From IMG/VR virus record IMGVR_UViG_3300028591_000186: 64,000 nt of DNA; one strand, written 5' to 3'. The first letter of the stretch is position 1, and every line of letters starts with the position of its first letter. The position numbers and the translations under genes are program-made. Positions 37,332-51,500 of this stretch are shown piece after piece. This DNA is from an uncultured virus (IMG/VR IMGVR_UViG_3300028591_000186). Lineage: Duplodnaviria; Heunggongvirae; Uroviricota; Caudoviricetes. The notes under the pieces are model-generated. The model had not been told where the DNA came from. It saw nothing but the letters and a program-made list of their open reading frames with translations, and ran no database searches.

Positions 37332-37496
37332 TCATGAATCTAACTCTGTATCCTCTTGATCCAATTCATCCATTATTACTAATCCAGTCTCTGACTGAAT
37401 TGCCACTATAAGACCACCTTTTTCAAGTGCATCCTTAACTTTATCACGCAGCTCCAAATTGTTAGCGTAAGCATCACCGATTTTTCTAAGTGTCAT
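37332..37496 (-). CDS. small hypothetical protein (54 aa)
   Basis: AGGAG RBS; open frame MTLRKIGDAY... Confidence 0.55.
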   Translation of the reverse strand: MTLRKIGDAYANNLELRDKVKDALEKGGLIVAIQSETGLVIMDELDQEDTELDS

Positions 37497-37501
37497 CTTA
37501 A

Positions 37502-37867
37502 TCACTCCTTATCCTCAATCATAAACAAAAGTTGCATGGTTTCCTGTCCATTAAGCCCAAGTTCATATATGTCTTCCGGGGAAACCATAGTTAAATGTAC
37601 TTCTGATTCAATGTCATCAAATGGTTTCATCTCCGTAACGTATGACTTAAATTCTTCTGAGTCTATTCTTATCTGATAAGTACCATCATTACCTGATGTG
37701 CCATATTTTCTTAAGGCTTCATCCTTTATCTTATAATACTCAATCAATTCATTTTGCATTACTCGCATATTCTTAGCTATTGCATACGCAAGTTTACCTT
37801 TTGTCTTTGTTGATATCTCATTTAATGCATATAAATATTCATCCATTTCTCTATTTGTAAGTTTCAT
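37502..37867 (-). CDS. hypothetical tail-region protein
   Basis: 121-aa ORF after Tal. Confidence 0.7.
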   Translation of the reverse strand: MKLTNREMDEYLYALNEISTKTKGKLAYAIAKNMRVMQNELIEYYKIKDEALRKYGTSGNDGTYQIRIDSEEFKSYVTEMKPFDDIESEVHLTMVSPEDIYELGLNGQETMQLLFMIEDKE

Positions 37868-37879
37868 TTTAGTCTCCTT

Positions 37880-40800
37880 TTAATCCCATTCAAATCCACA
37901 AAATTGAACTGCGGCTTTAATAACATCGGAATGTGCTCCAACATCAGCAATATCTACCCAATCTGCATCAGTTCTAACTTCTAAACCTCTTTGGGCAGTT
38001 AATCTGACTGGCCCAAATTCCATATTATGCGTACTATCAAATTCTATATGAAAAGCATCATGTCCGGTTTCGCTTTTCTTTGCATACATAAATATTTGTC
38101 CATTATAAAGTTTAACAAGACCCTGAGAATCGTCACTTTTAACTTCCAAATGTCCGCAATAAGTATCTCCTGATTTATTTACTCCGAAATTTTTACCTAC
38201 TGCAATACGCAAATCACCATGATACGTATTATTTATACTTCTGCCAAAATCAGCATTACCAATTGTTACGGCTCCATCAGCAATACTATCCCTTCCCTCT
38301 TTTCGAAGAAAGTTGTCTTCAATTTGGAAGCCACCTATAAGTCCTCTATTTGCTGAAATTGTTCCTGTAAAATATCCGTTGTTAGCATATAGTTGTCCAT
38401 TAGCATCTACTTCGAATTTTCCTTTGTTTCCAATATATGTTCCACCTATACTTCCGTAATCTACAACGGGGCCTAAAGACATACCAGCATTACCTATATA
38501 TATTCCACTATTTACATTGGTTTGTATTGTTTTCTTATCATTTGTATAGATTGCAGTTTCTGCTATAGTGAATGCAGCAATTTTTCCACCATTAGCATAA
38601 ATCTGACCTGAAAGATATGCTGTACCATCAGGCGCAACACCAAAATTTTGTCCAATAGCAAATACTAAATCTTTGACTCCGTAACTCTTTAAATTTCTTT
38701 GGAAATTTGCAGTAGACATACCTATAGCATTATTTTTTGTATCTTGTAAACTGCTGCCAGAATAGATAGAACTACTTGAAAGAGTAAAACCACCTATTCT
38801 GCCACTATTCGCTGTCATACTACCATCTAGGAATACACTAAAAGGCGTAGACCCTTTATTTCCATCAGGTCTAATATAACTAGCATTGTATGCACCTAAT
38901 TGAATACCATCAGTACCTAAATATATGCCATCTTTATCAGAATTTAATTTATTCTTAGCTCCTGAATATATACGTCCTACATTCGCACTTTGGTCATACA
39001 TAATCGTAAATCCTGTATTATCAGGATTGTTTTGACTACAACCTATTTTCCCGGCTTCAGCGTATATTGTTCCATATAATTTGAGATTTCCATCAGTACC
39101 TAATACTAAACGTTTTTTCTGATTATTCCCCGAACCACTCATATTAAATTCAAATGTACCGTCATCTAAATTTATATGACTCCCAGCATTTCCAGTAAGA
39201 ACAGCACTATTTGTTTTATAATTTGCTGAATATATCTGTCCTCCAACAATTGTAGAACTACCAACATATCCAGCGACTACAAAGTCAGCAAAAACACCGA
39301 ATTTAGATTGTTCACTCCAATTCATTCCGGTACTATTTGGAACAGGCATTTTTACGATACCACGGCCTACACTCATTTTGACTGTAGCCCAATTATCATT
39401 GGTAAACAGAATACGTCCACCGCCTATGTATATAGAATCCCTATTAGCATACGAACCACTTGTAGTAGTTACAAATAATCCTCGGCTATCCATGACAAGT
39501 TCTGAATCGTCACCATTTTTTAGATAATCTCCTTGAGATAGAAGACCTTCTGCAAGATGCTGACTAATCGTATCTGCCTTTTTAGCCTGTTCAGTTATAT
39601 ATGACTTTGCAAATGAAACAGAAGTACTTACACTATGAGCTTCATTTAATACCTCTTGTACATCAGACCAAAAATATGAAGTTTTCTTGAGTATATTACT
39701 GAATGTTAAAGAGAAATCAGATTCATCATAAAAATTATAATGAATTCCAATTATTCTAGGTTTAACAATATAGTCATCACGCAGATATACCGTAATAAGA
39801 TTACCAAGTTCAATATAACCCGAATATCTGTCAAACTCTGGCATACCAAACAGATTTATAACATCTGCCGTAAATGTCATTTGTGGCTGTGCAACCTTTT
39901 CAAGTTCTGTCTCTCCATACTTCAACAGTTCATTAAGCATTTCAAAACGCTCTGTTTCAGTCATAATATCTGTCAATATGAAATTAGAAGAATTGACTTC
40001 ATCTTCACGAACAAATGTATATAATTCCTTCAACTGAGCAGTCGTGAAATTCTTGATCATAGAAGTCAAGTTAGAAATACCTTGCATTGCACGACTATAT
40101 CTATTCTGATAACTTGTGTAATTATTAACGTTAGTCTGACAAGTATTAATATACTGTTTTAGTTTTACAATAGAGTAGTAGTACGGCAAATAATAGGTAT
40201 TATAATTCTTAATCTGGGCTTCTTTCTGAGCTTGTGTAGCATTAGCACCATCAGGTGGAAGAGTAGAGCCATAACCCTTTTTCATAGCAACAGCCTGATT
40301 ATTTTCTGCGCTCTTTAACTTTTCATTCAAAGGTGAAAAAGCTATATTATCCCAAAGATTAGTATTAATCCATCTTCCATTATAATAGCGGTACATACCA
40401 TATGATCCATCGGATCTCAGATATAATACAGCAGAATTGCCTGTAGATGGGAGAGAAGAGCCTACTATTACAGAAGTGTACTTATCTATTGTAAATGTAC
40501 TCTTACTCTTATTTGTGGGATAATCAGATGGATATGTTCCATATCCAAAATATCTTGCATTGTTTCCTGCTGGAATTTTTGTACTGCTCCACTCAGACAG
40601 AGTAGTGAAGTACGACTGATATTTATTAAGCAAGAATGCATACAAATTATTATAGTTATTTGCTAATCCTTTTTGAGATAAGAATGTAGAATACTGAGAT
40701 TGAATAGTGGCAAAATTCATAACGTATTGACCATCCAAATCTTTAGTATTATCAAAAACAAAGTATGGCTGACCATTTGAATCCTTTAAGTTTCTTACTA

Positions 40801-41659
40801 CATTCCAATCAACAGGTGTATTATATGTTAATCTTTGCCATGCATTATAAGCGTTATATAATGACTCAGACATATAGTCTAACGAATTATAATAAGAGAA
40901 GTTGTATATGGTATCAAATGATCTATTGACTTCCCTTATATCCATATCATCAGCTCCGGTAACTCTTAATGCAGTCTTAATCTCGTCTACATTTAAGTCC
41001 ATTGTAGTAGTCTTAAGTAGGTTTTCATACGAAACCATAACACCAGAATCCACACCAAAAGATGATTTAGCTTGCACATTTATAGTCTTTGCGTAACTGT
41101 TAAATATGAATATTACTTCAAATGCTTCAGAAACTTCTGTCATTAAAAAGTCATAAACACTTGTTCTTGACACTTCAAAGCTTCTTTGCATTGTAGCTAT
41201 ATTTGCAGGAATTGTTCCAATCATCCATTCTGGAAACAGTTCATCAATACAAAGGCTCAAGAGCGTTCTGAAATTTACACCGTCAATAGATTCTACTTCA
41301 CCTGTGTTAATATAAAAATCTTGAAGAAATCTTGTACTAAGCATCCACTCGTAAGATTTAGCTAATACCGTTTTCTTCTCGTTTCTTGAACCTTCACTTG
41401 AAATATTTACGGTACTGATGACATATCTGGAATCTCCCGGTATTTCAATATACATCATTTCTTGTATATATTCATAATATGGACACCTTGCCTCGTCCTG
41501 ATATAACATCACCGTAAAATTCAATTCATTTGGTTCATTAAGTTTCTCGTCAAGAGTCAACTGAATAAGATTTAATACACCGATTCTTTCTCCACTTGCT
41601 TTGCATAATATGACTTCTGGAGGAGTAATACGGTTATATATATCTTTATCAAAATACAT
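37880..41659 (-). CDS. Tal-like baseplate hub/tail spike protein
   Basis: 1259 aa after Dit; Gly-rich GxIGGF beta-repeat C-terminus. Confidence 0.8.
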   Translation of the reverse strand: MYFDKDIYNRITPPEVILCKASGERIGVLNLIQLTLDEKLNEPNELNFTVMLYQDEARCPYYEYIQEMMYIEIPGDSRYVISTVNISSEGSRNEKKTVLAKSYEWMLSTRFLQDFYINTGEVESIDGVNFRTLLSLCIDELFPEWMIGTIPANIATMQRSFEVSRTSVYDFLMTEVSEAFEVIFIFNSYAKTINVQAKSSFGVDSGVMVSYENLLKTTTMDLNVDEIKTALRVTGADDMDIREVNRSFDTIYNFSYYNSLDYMSESLYNAYNAWQRLTYNTPVDWNVVRNLKDSNGQPYFVFDNTKDLDGQYVMNFATIQSQYSTFLSQKGLANNYNNLYAFLLNKYQSYFTTLSEWSSTKIPAGNNARYFGYGTYPSDYPTNKSKSTFTIDKYTSVIVGSSLPSTGNSAVLYLRSDGSYGMYRYYNGRWINTNLWDNIAFSPLNEKLKSAENNQAVAMKKGYGSTLPPDGANATQAQKEAQIKNYNTYYLPYYYSIVKLKQYINTCQTNVNNYTSYQNRYSRAMQGISNLTSMIKNFTTAQLKELYTFVREDEVNSSNFILTDIMTETERFEMLNELLKYGETELEKVAQPQMTFTADVINLFGMPEFDRYSGYIELGNLITVYLRDDYIVKPRIIGIHYNFYDESDFSLTFSNILKKTSYFWSDVQEVLNEAHSVSTSVSFAKSYITEQAKKADTISQHLAEGLLSQGDYLKNGDDSELVMDSRGLFVTTTSGSYANRDSIYIGGGRILFTNDNWATVKMSVGRGIVKMPVPNSTGMNWSEQSKFGVFADFVVAGYVGSSTIVGGQIYSANYKTNSAVLTGNAGSHINLDDGTFEFNMSGSGNNQKKRLVLGTDGNLKLYGTIYAEAGKIGCSQNNPDNTGFTIMYDQSANVGRIYSGAKNKLNSDKDGIYLGTDGIQLGAYNASYIRPDGNKGSTPFSVFLDGSMTANSGRIGGFTLSSSSIYSGSSLQDTKNNAIGMSTANFQRNLKSYGVKDLVFAIGQNFGVAPDGTAYLSGQIYANGGKIAAFTIAETAIYTNDKKTIQTNVNSGIYIGNAGMSLGPVVDYGSIGGTYIGNKGKFEVDANGQLYANNGYFTGTISANRGLIGGFQIEDNFLRKEGRDSIADGAVTIGNADFGRSINNTYHGDLRIAVGKNFGVNKSGDTYCGHLEVKSDDSQGLVKLYNGQIFMYAKKSETGHDAFHIEFDSTHNMEFGPVRLTAQRGLEVRTDADWVDIADVGAHSDVIKAAVQFCGFEWD

Positions 41660-41671
41660 ACCGCCCTCCTT

Positions 41672-42508
41672 TTACATCCTAGCAAAAGCAACTCTTCTTG
41701 GAGTACGAAAAGTAAATGTGTATCTAGCGGCTATATTTGAAACGTATTCATTTTTCCCATCTACCATACGGGGAAAATGACAATTGCTGTAATCTAAAAA
41801 TTTTGTAACCGCTTGACCTGAAGCATTACGAGATCCATCAATAACTTGTTTTTTAGAATCATATGTTATTGTTTCTCCGTTTCGAACTCCTGTTAATGTT
41901 ACTGCCCAATTGTTATCAGATCTGTTCACCAACGACAGATTTCCATTGACTTTCGGAACAATCGTAACAAATGGTTTTATATAATTATATAAATCATCAG
42001 TTTGTATATATATGCAAAATGGAGTATTTGCTAACGCATCAACTGTTATGTTTTTCTCTGTACTCCATGCAAATTGACTGTCACATTCCATATCAAGAAT
42101 AATTCCAGTTACGAATCCATTAACCCTTTGATATTTTACGCTTACAATCCTACTTCTATACCACAAATCTTCATCCGGTTCGTCTGATACTACCTTCATC
42201 CATTGATATCCACGTTGTCCTATCAACTGACGTAATATAGCTCGACAATCATGTTCCGAAAAATATTCGTCATCCGTTATGCATGAATCCTTTGTAAGAC
42301 ATATTGTAGGCTTCAATTTATCGGAATATTTCTGACCAATATATACCGGAATAGGATTGTCAGAAATGTATTCTTCGGTGGTTTCAATGCCAATGCCTGT
42401 TTCTTCTTCATCATTGGCTGTAACAGAAAAAGATGCAGGATATAACTGATAATCAGAAGCACGAAAAGTGTCTCCGAATAAAAAGTCCCTGCCATAAATG
42501 ATAGCCAT
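41672..42508 (-). CDS. distal tail protein (Dit)
   Basis: directly after TMP; size; FPRMVDGKNE C-terminal pattern. Confidence 0.75.
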   Translation of the reverse strand: MAIIYGRDFLFGDTFRASDYQLYPASFSVTANDEEETGIGIETTEEYISDNPIPVYIGQKYSDKLKPTICLTKDSCITDDEYFSEHDCRAILRQLIGQRGYQWMKVVSDEPDEDLWYRSRIVSVKYQRVNGFVTGIILDMECDSQFAWSTEKNITVDALANTPFCIYIQTDDLYNYIKPFVTIVPKVNGNLSLVNRSDNNWAVTLTGVRNGETITYDSKKQVIDGSRNASGQAVTKFLDYSNCHFPRMVDGKNEYVSNIAARYTFTFRTPRRVAFARM

Positions 42509-42592
42509 TGGCTCCACTTCCTTTCTGGTATTAAAAATACCTGTTTTTTGCATCAAAATAGGAGAGGGTAGTAACACCCTCTCCAAACTTAT

Positions 42593-45500
42593 TTAACGGA
42601 GTAAACCGCTATTGATATTTCTGAATGTCTTTTTAAGTTCCTCTTGAATCGTTTGTTTCACATCAGTTAAATTATCATCAGATATACTACCCTCGACATT
42701 CACAAGTGTACCTATCTGTACAGAAGAATTATTTGACTGTATCTGAGGTGCAGATATGTTAGCTCCGTTACCTTCTAATAACTGCTTAGGATCTACCTTT
42801 GCAAGTTCCCAAAGATTCTTTGTCATACTCGCTGTTAAAATGCTATCATTTTTCTTGATAGGAGTCAAAATACTATTTCTCGTAGGAGACACAATTACCT
42901 CATCTCCAAGTTCCTGCGTCCACATCAATTCATTTTGATCAGCTTTCCTTAAACCTTTAGCTTTTTTCTTATAATGACCACCTATACTATCCCACTGAAC
43001 TCCAGAATAAGGAGCATTATATACAGATGTATAGTGTGTTTTATAAGGAGGCTCGTAAGCTGTACCGGATTTCCAACTGGAATCATTGGCTTTTGCTTCT
43101 AAAGCATTTAAATCACTAATAGCACTTCTGGCCGCACTTCCTGCTGCACTAGCACTATCTGCCATATCATTAAATGCATCAGCAGCAGATTCAGCAGCGT
43201 CTTTGACAGCATCAGTTGCCGCTTCAGCTTCTGCCATATTGGATGCTACAATTTCACCAATATGTCCTGCTGTATCAATAGTATGAACAAAAGAATCCTC
43301 TAAAGCTTTTGTCATCTCATTAAGATTAGCTTCAGAATCCCACGAATGCTGTAACTCATCAACAAGATTATCCGCACGATTGGCAAACATTGCCGCTAAC
43401 TGCACAGAAGTTACATCAGCTTGTTCTTGCAGTTCCCAAGTATGTTCTTCAACATCTTCAAGTTGAGCTATAAACTCTGAGGTTGCAGGAGTTAATACTT
43501 CACCATAAGAAGCAATAGCATCAGATCCCGCTTTCCATGCGGCAGTTAAACTCTCAGAAACTTGAATTCCATGCTCTTGAGCTGTCTGTGCAATAGTCTG
43601 CCCAATTTCAAGCGCACGAGCTTTAACTGCTTCAAATGTATCAGACAAAACTTGGGTTTCATTCTCAAGATATTCATTGAGTTTATCAATTTCAGCTTGA
43701 CGAGCCGTTTCATACTGCTCCGCTTGCTGATCAAGGGCATCCTGTTGACTCGTTATACTATGGTCATATTCGGTTTCTTCAAGCTCCATTCTTGCGTCAG
43801 AAAGCTCTTTTTCAAGTGCTTTCCGTTTAGCTATGGCCGAAGCCGTGTTGTCCCCACTCATAGCCGCTAAACGACGCTCTATATCTGAAATATTACGATT
43901 TTGACCAGCAATATTCTTTTCATAATCATGTAAATCTTTAGAAGCCTGAAGACTTTTCTTTTGGGCATCTATAAGTTTTTTATACTCTTCAACATCCTTT
44001 TGAATAGCCGTAATCTCTATATCTATACGTGCTTTATTAAGCGATATCAAAGACTTTTTAGCATCTTCAGCAGCTTTAGCGGAACTTCTCTGTTGAGAAG
44101 TAAGGTCGGCTAATCTTTCAGTATATTCTGTTGTAGAATACTTACCAGAATTGTATTGAGAATTCAGATAAGCAATTTCTTCACTCAAAGATTTAGTCTG
44201 TTTATTTGCTAATTCATATTGCTGTGCGAGTAATCCTGCCTGGGCAATCCCTTCTTTTGTCCAATTACCAAAATCATCGCCCGGTTCAACATCTTCTAAA
44301 AGACTCACTAAATCAGATATTTCACTATCAAGATTGTCAAACTGATCTTGAATGCGCTCGAATACCTCAGTATGTATATTGAGAATGGAGTTATCATATT
44401 CCTCGATTGCCTTCTTACAATCCAAAATCTGACCTTCTACTTCTTGTAAAAGACCAACTTCTTCGAGCCATTCATCCGAGCCTATTTCTATAGTGCCATT
44501 ACTAAGGCCACGGTTAAGCTCGTCAGAAAGTTCTCTGCGTGCCTGTTCCATAGCTCGAAGTTGACCTTCAGTCTGAGAACGTTGTTGCTCATAGAACGCT
44601 CTTCCAACAAGATTTCCGGTTTCTTCGATCAAGTCAATCTGCTTATCAATAAGGTCAATAGCATTACTTTGACGCAAATCAAATACATCCTGCCAATCCT
44701 GAAGTATATTCTTCATTTTTGTAAGCTCAAGCTGTCTGATCTCCTCACGAAGCTCAGCAAGCTGTTGTTTACAATCAGCAACTTTGTCTGCCCATTTGGT
44801 ATAATCATTAATAGCCTCGACAACTTCCTCGTTGCCTTTGCCAATAAACTCGTCAATAGCTACTGCACCATTCTTGATTTTTTCAACAATATCAGAATCA
44901 TCAATCTTAGCAAGCGCACGGTCAGCCATCTCCTGATACATATCCTGAGCACCCGCATACTCATCCTGTTGCATCTTATAAATGCGCATCTGAGCATCGA
45001 GAAGTGTATTTTTTGTCTTAGATCCGACCACGTTTTCAAGATTTGCATCGAGAAGTGAAATAGCGTCGGAAATTACCTTTAAACGACGCTCGAAGTAGTC
45101 AAAGAATTCATCGTAAGTATCTTCGAGTTCTTCTTCGTCCTTCTTCGCTTCTTCGGTAGGATCTTCGGTTTTATCTTTGCTTGAACTAGGAGACGAACTG
45201 CCACCGCCTCCGCCGCCAGAACCGCCAGATTTTTGTGAAGGTTTATAGTTAGAACCGGAAGAGGATGTTGGTTTGGAAATACGAGGAGCGGTAGTTGTCG
45301 TCCCTGATCCTTTTGGTGTAAACCGAATATTTGTCGGAACATCTATCATATCATAACGCCAACCACCACTAGCATTTAGATATTTTGCCTTTTGAGAAGC
45401 CGACATTTTATTTAATTCAGATGTAGGGATTTGAGTAAATGATTTTCCATTGCTATTTAGCGAAGGAACTTTCATTGGCTTGGTATCCCACGTAATATCC

Positions 45501-48500
45501 CAGCCAAGACTTGCAAATAATTTCTTTAATGTTGCTGCTGCTTCCCCACCTTGAATAATTACTGCTTTTAACTTTTCTATAAACGGGCTTTCATTTAAAT
45601 AAGTTTGAGCTTCTAGCGTTCCTAAATCCGTATTATTCAACCAATCGATAAATGAATTAAATTCTAAATCAAAATTTGTAGTATCTAATCCAGCATTTGC
45701 AAAAATATCTATCATTATTGGAGATGCGGCATTCATACGAAGTCTATTTAATGCATCATTGTCTCCGTCTAATGCCTGACGTAACAATTCAAGATTAGCT
45801 TGATCGGCTGCAAAATTCTGTGCATCAGTAATACTAAAATCAATACCAGTTAACCCTGAAAGATCCTGAGCAAGAGCTTTAACAGAATTTGCATATTCAA
45901 CACTAGACGAATCAAGTGTTTCAAGATTTTCTACATAATCATTTAAATGGCTTCGAAGATCTTCAACAGACTGATCAAATGCCATGTTAGCGACTGCTAT
46001 TTGTTCTAATAATTCAGGAGTTGCCTCTAACTCTGGGTTAAGCTCTCTAAAAGTTTCAAGATATTTGTCAAAAGCGGCTTCGTCAATATCGAATTTGGCA
46101 AGAGCTTCAGATTTATTCCACGTATCAACAAGGCTCTCTGCTCCATCAGCAACATCATCCTGCGTATGATTAAGTTTAGCCAGAGCTTCCTCGCCTAGCC
46201 GAACGGCTTCAGAATATGAATTGGCATTTTTAACAGCATCAAACCATACCGCTTTCTCTTCATTTGAAAAATCTTTAGTAAGATTAATCAAATTACGATA
46301 AGTGTTTTCTGTATCTCCTCCGTATGACACATTCGAAGCAATGCCCCGAAGTTTTTCTTCTGTAAAATCATCATACGTGCCCAAAGCCTTTTGTACGTCT
46401 CGGATAACTGCTAAATCTTCTTGAACCCATCGAGAGTAAGACTGAATCATTTCAACAGCATTAGCATACTGACTCGAATCGGGGCTAAACACACCGGAAG
46501 CAATTGCTTCTTTAGCATCTAAAATTTTTTGATTATAGTCTAGCACTTCGTCAGAGTATTTTTTCTCTTCATCTCGTAAGGATGCTTCGACCTGCTTAAC
46601 ACCTTCTAGAGCTTTCGCTCGCTTATTATCTTCTGCTTTGGCATCAGCCACACGCTTTCGATACTCGTCTAGTAAGGCTATGCTGCCAGCGATACTTTCT
46701 TTATTAACATCAACATATTCCTCGCCATTAAATTCTAACGCACGCCCAGCCATATCATTTTGATACTGAGTGTAAGCATTATCAGAATCAAATTGATCAG
46801 AAAATTTATTTCCATATTTTTCAAGTAGGTATGTCTCACGAGCAGATTCGAGAATTTGATTTTGTAACTCTAAAGCAGATTCGAGATATTTTAGTCTTTG
46901 CTGCTGACCGTCAGTACGTAATTCTATCGCGTTCAGTTCATCTATCTCTGACTGTAACTCTGAAACTTTTGACTCAGATTCTTGAATAGCTTGTTGAGCC
47001 TCTTTAACTGTAACAGTAAAAGTATCCCAAGCAATTACTGCCCCTGCAATTAAAACCGCAGCAGCAGCAAAAGCTCCTAATGCAGCAGTAGAAATTCCTA
47101 ATGTACTCGCAAGTCCAGAAATTATGCCTGAAAGACCTCCAGCAGCACCTGTAGCTTCGCCCATAGCAGCTCCGGCGGTTCCCATGGATTGAGCCATTTC
47201 CAATCCAGCAGATCCACCTTCAAGTATTGTTTCTGTCACTTGGGTCATGGCAGGAGCCGCTTTCGATGCACCGGAAATAAATTTTGAGAAATCTCCAAGT
47301 TTAGAGAACATTTCTATTGCCGATTTAACTTGACCGCCTTTTAAAATTCCCAAGATGCTAATTAATACACCTAATACACCAGGCGTACCAAGTTTATCAA
47401 CAATTTCAGTAAGTATTTGAATAAAATCTGTCCCAAAATCTATGAGATCTTTTAGAATTCCAGAATCAATTAATGTAAAAATCAATTCTTGTGTAGCATT
47501 TTGGAATTCCTTTACATGCCCTTCTAAACTGTCAAGATATTTATCTAATTCTTTTTGAGCAGAACCCGCACTATCTTGTGCAGAACTATAAACATCTTTA
47601 AGCATCTGAGGATTTAATAAAATAGAAGCGGCTATATTACTTCGATTTTTCCCTGCTATTGCTTCAATCAAAGCTTGCCCACGGTTGGCTCCTGCACGTT
47701 TGTCTTCATCAAGAATTTCTTGATAAATTTCCGAAATGTCAAGTAAAATATCATAGGTATTACGAAGATTACCGTTGGCATCTAGTATATCAATACCTTC
47801 ATATGCGTTAGACGCAACAGCAGTATAATCTTTAATAAGACCTTGCATTTTAGCATGTGTGCCAACAATCATATCATCAACATCTTCGCCAAGTTGTATT
47901 AATTCATCCTTAGCTTCTTCTGTGCCAGCAATACGAAGAGCGATAGTACGAATACCGGCAGAAGTCTTACTCATATCTTGAGTTATGGCATTACCAGCCG
48001 TTAACAAAGCAACCGCCTCATTAAGATCGTTGCCCTGCGTTTTTAATACTGCGGCTGCATTCTGAAGACCTTGTGCTAATTGATCTGTTGAAACACTAAA
48101 ATTATTACCAATGTTATTTAGAACATCAACGATATTCATTTTGTCAAGTTCTTTATAAGCTTGACTTGCAGATACCAATGCTTGCGTAGCATCTTCTATA
48201 TTTTGAAATTCAGATACATTTAATAGTACCGTAGCATCATGAGCGGATTTTGCTGCATCTGTTGCGCTTTCCCCTAAACGCATCCAGTCTGCGGTAGCAT
48301 TTTGTAATTCTAACGCCGTAGATCCTACTGTGCTTGCAACATTAAAAGATTCTTTCTGATAAGCTACTAACGATTCTCGTGAATCATCACTAACTTTCAT
48401 CATTTCAGTAAGTGCCGTATCATATTGCTTTACTACTTCAAAAGCTTCTCTTGCATATCGAATCCAATCTTGCCAAGAAAAATATTGAGCAAGAAACTTC

Positions 48501-51500
48501 GCATTCATATCATCCAAACGATTTTTAACAGAATCGAAGAAACCCCGCCCCTCTTGATTGGCATCTCTAGCAGCTATTTTTATCCTGTTGAATTCAGTAA
48601 CAATATCGGCAAGACCATCAGACGGAAGATCATCTTTCAATCTATTGCGTAATTCTATTAACTGATCACGAAATTCTTTTGAAAGCTTAGTATTTTTTGC
48701 TAAATACTGAGAAATATCATTATCAACCTTACTGATAGATACAGATTTAGCTGCTTTTTCAAGATTATTCTTTAATTTTTCAGCTTGATTTATCAGATCG
48801 TCTAATTCTGCTTTGTCTTCCTCGTTAGTAATATCTAATTGATTGGAATTAATCTTGTCAATTACTTCTTTTAATTGATTTACCTTGATTTCTAATTGAT
48901 CAACATAATCAGATACTAAATCATCACCCTTTAAATCTATCGTTTTACTAATTTTGTTTTGTAACGACTCAAGCTGTTTTATATAAGAATTGACATATGC
49001 TTCAGTTTCAGCCTGAGTTTTTTGTTCGCTTCTAACCTGAGCAACTTTTTTTGCCCCTTTTTCTTCAGCGTCATATCTTTCCTGAATAGCCTTCTTTTCG
49101 GCATTTATCATATCACGATACTGTTGACTGGTTTTTATACCGTTCTTCGCACGTTGTTTTTCTAAATCAATCTGCTTTTTAAGCATTTCAATTATAGGGG
49201 TATTTTTAGCTTCAACTTCTTTAGCTTTATCAGAACCGGTTATTTTAGCCATTTCTATTTCATGTTGAAGTTTAAGCTGTTCTTTTAGAAGAGATAATTC
49301 TTTTTCATAAGAAGCTTTGCTTTCCTTATCTTTTTTGCTTACAGCAGCAGTTTTTGCGGTATCAATTTGCTTCTTCGAAGATGTAAGGATTTTTACAAGA
49401 TTTTCTAATTCTTTTCCTTTACTTAAGATTTCCTGAATAGATGACAAGAACCCTGTATCCTTGATCTTTAGATTTTTTATTGCACTGCCAATATCTTCAG
49501 TCACTTTAACAAATTGACTGCTATCAACATCCAAGGATACGGGAATGGATCCCATAGATTTTATCTGACCAGAGATTCCTTCGAGGGTAGAAGAGAGTCG
49601 GAATAAATTACCGATTTCATTACTAATAACACTGTCTACCGCAACATCTTCCTCTCTGAAAGCTTGAGTTTTTCTTTCGATTAAGTCAATTACTTCTAAT
49701 AATGGCTGATTAAGTCTTTGAATATTGTCAAGTTCCTGAGACTGTTCAACTTGATTATTTTCTCGCTTTGCCTCTGTGTTCTTTTCAACAGCTGAAGTTT
49801 GTTCTTGTAAAGCAGTTGTTTCCTTTTCGGTAATATCAACGGATGAAACTGGAGTTTTATTAGATGCTTCTTTGACTATGTTTAGTATATTACGTGCAGA
49901 TTCAATGTCCTCATCTGTAACTATATGAATCCCTTCTGCGATGTCTCGAATCTCTCGTAATTCTTTTTCTACTTGAGAAGCATTGGTGAAAGCATCTGAC
50001 AGATGGAAGAATTTTCCATCAGGAAGTAAAGAAAAAACATCTGAAAATTTAGCCTTGATAACAGTTAATTGATCCTCTGTTAAATCAAGTTGAGAAACTA
50101 AATCTTGCAAAAATAATGCATTGACTTTTTGCTCACAAAATCCTTCTGCTTCTTGGTCCAATTCCTTGAATTTGCCGCCGAGAACATCTAATACTTCACT
50201 TATGTTGGCAAAATAATTTGCATCCAACGCCTCGGTAGGAGTGCCATAAGAAAAGTAAAACTTCTGAACATTCGACATTATTTCTTGTTGTTCTTTTAGT
50301 TTTGAATTCAAATGATCTATTTGATCTTCGGCATCAAACAAAGTATCTCTTACAGCATCATACTGCCATGAACTAACGGAATTGACTAGTGATGTAGATA
50401 AAGAGTCTACAGAATCTTGAAGTTCCTCTATACGTCCTTGCGCTTTTTCTAATTCAGCAACATCTACTACCTGACCATTATCTAAATCAGTTTGTTGAAT
50501 AGATTTTACAGATTCTTTGACAGCACTTACTCCTTGACTTGTTGATTGAACAATATCATGAATACGATTTTCAAAAGAATCAATTTTTGCTACGCCAGAT
50601 AAGTCACCTAGTTCTTCATAGAAATCTCGAATAGTCCCGGTTATTCCACCAAGCAAGTCATCTAAAGCGTCGGCGTCATCTTTATATTGCGCAGGATTAA
50701 GATCTAAATCAATAAAAGAAAATCCTTTTTCTTTATTATATAGAATATTGGATACATTTGCGTCTACGCCAATACCTAATTCATTTAATAACTTAAAATC
50801 CTGAATGAGCTTTTGTATTTGTGCGTCTGTTGCTTCATATATCTCAGGATTTACCCAGCTGTTTTCATAGTCACCTATATTCTTTCCAAATGCCTTTTCT
50901 TGTAATTCTAAAAAGACTTTTTTCTCACTATCGGCTACTATGTCAAGTATTCTTGCAACATTAATTCCTGCATCAGCGGCTTCATTTAATTTATCTTTTA
51001 ACTTAATAGTTTCTGTTAACCTGTCAGAGCCATTAGATAATTCCCTATTTTTTGTTGCCAACAAAACAGAATTATCACCAATAATACCGCCACTCTTGAC
51101 CATGCCAGAATTAACTAGTTTAATATCTCCAGTTTTATCATCAATTAAATTAAGTGTTTTAAGTAATTCTTTGGCTTCCTGATTACCTTCTTCTATAGAA
51201 CGTCTATACTCTTCCCAGAACGAAGAAACTTTATTATAATCATGAGCCTTTGAATACTCACCAAATTGTTTAACTAGTTCTTCAAGACTACTTTTTGTAT
51301 CATTAGCTTCTTTTGCTATATTTGAAAAACCATTATTATTCTTTGTTTGGTCATCAACAGATTTGAGCTGAGAAGACAATTCTTTAATTTTGTCTTGAAA
51401 TTTTTGTACTATTGTTCTCTGCTTTTTGATTTCTGATTCAGAAAAAACTTTCAGAGGCTCAACATCTTCAAGATCTTCTAATTGCTCTTGTAAATCCTTT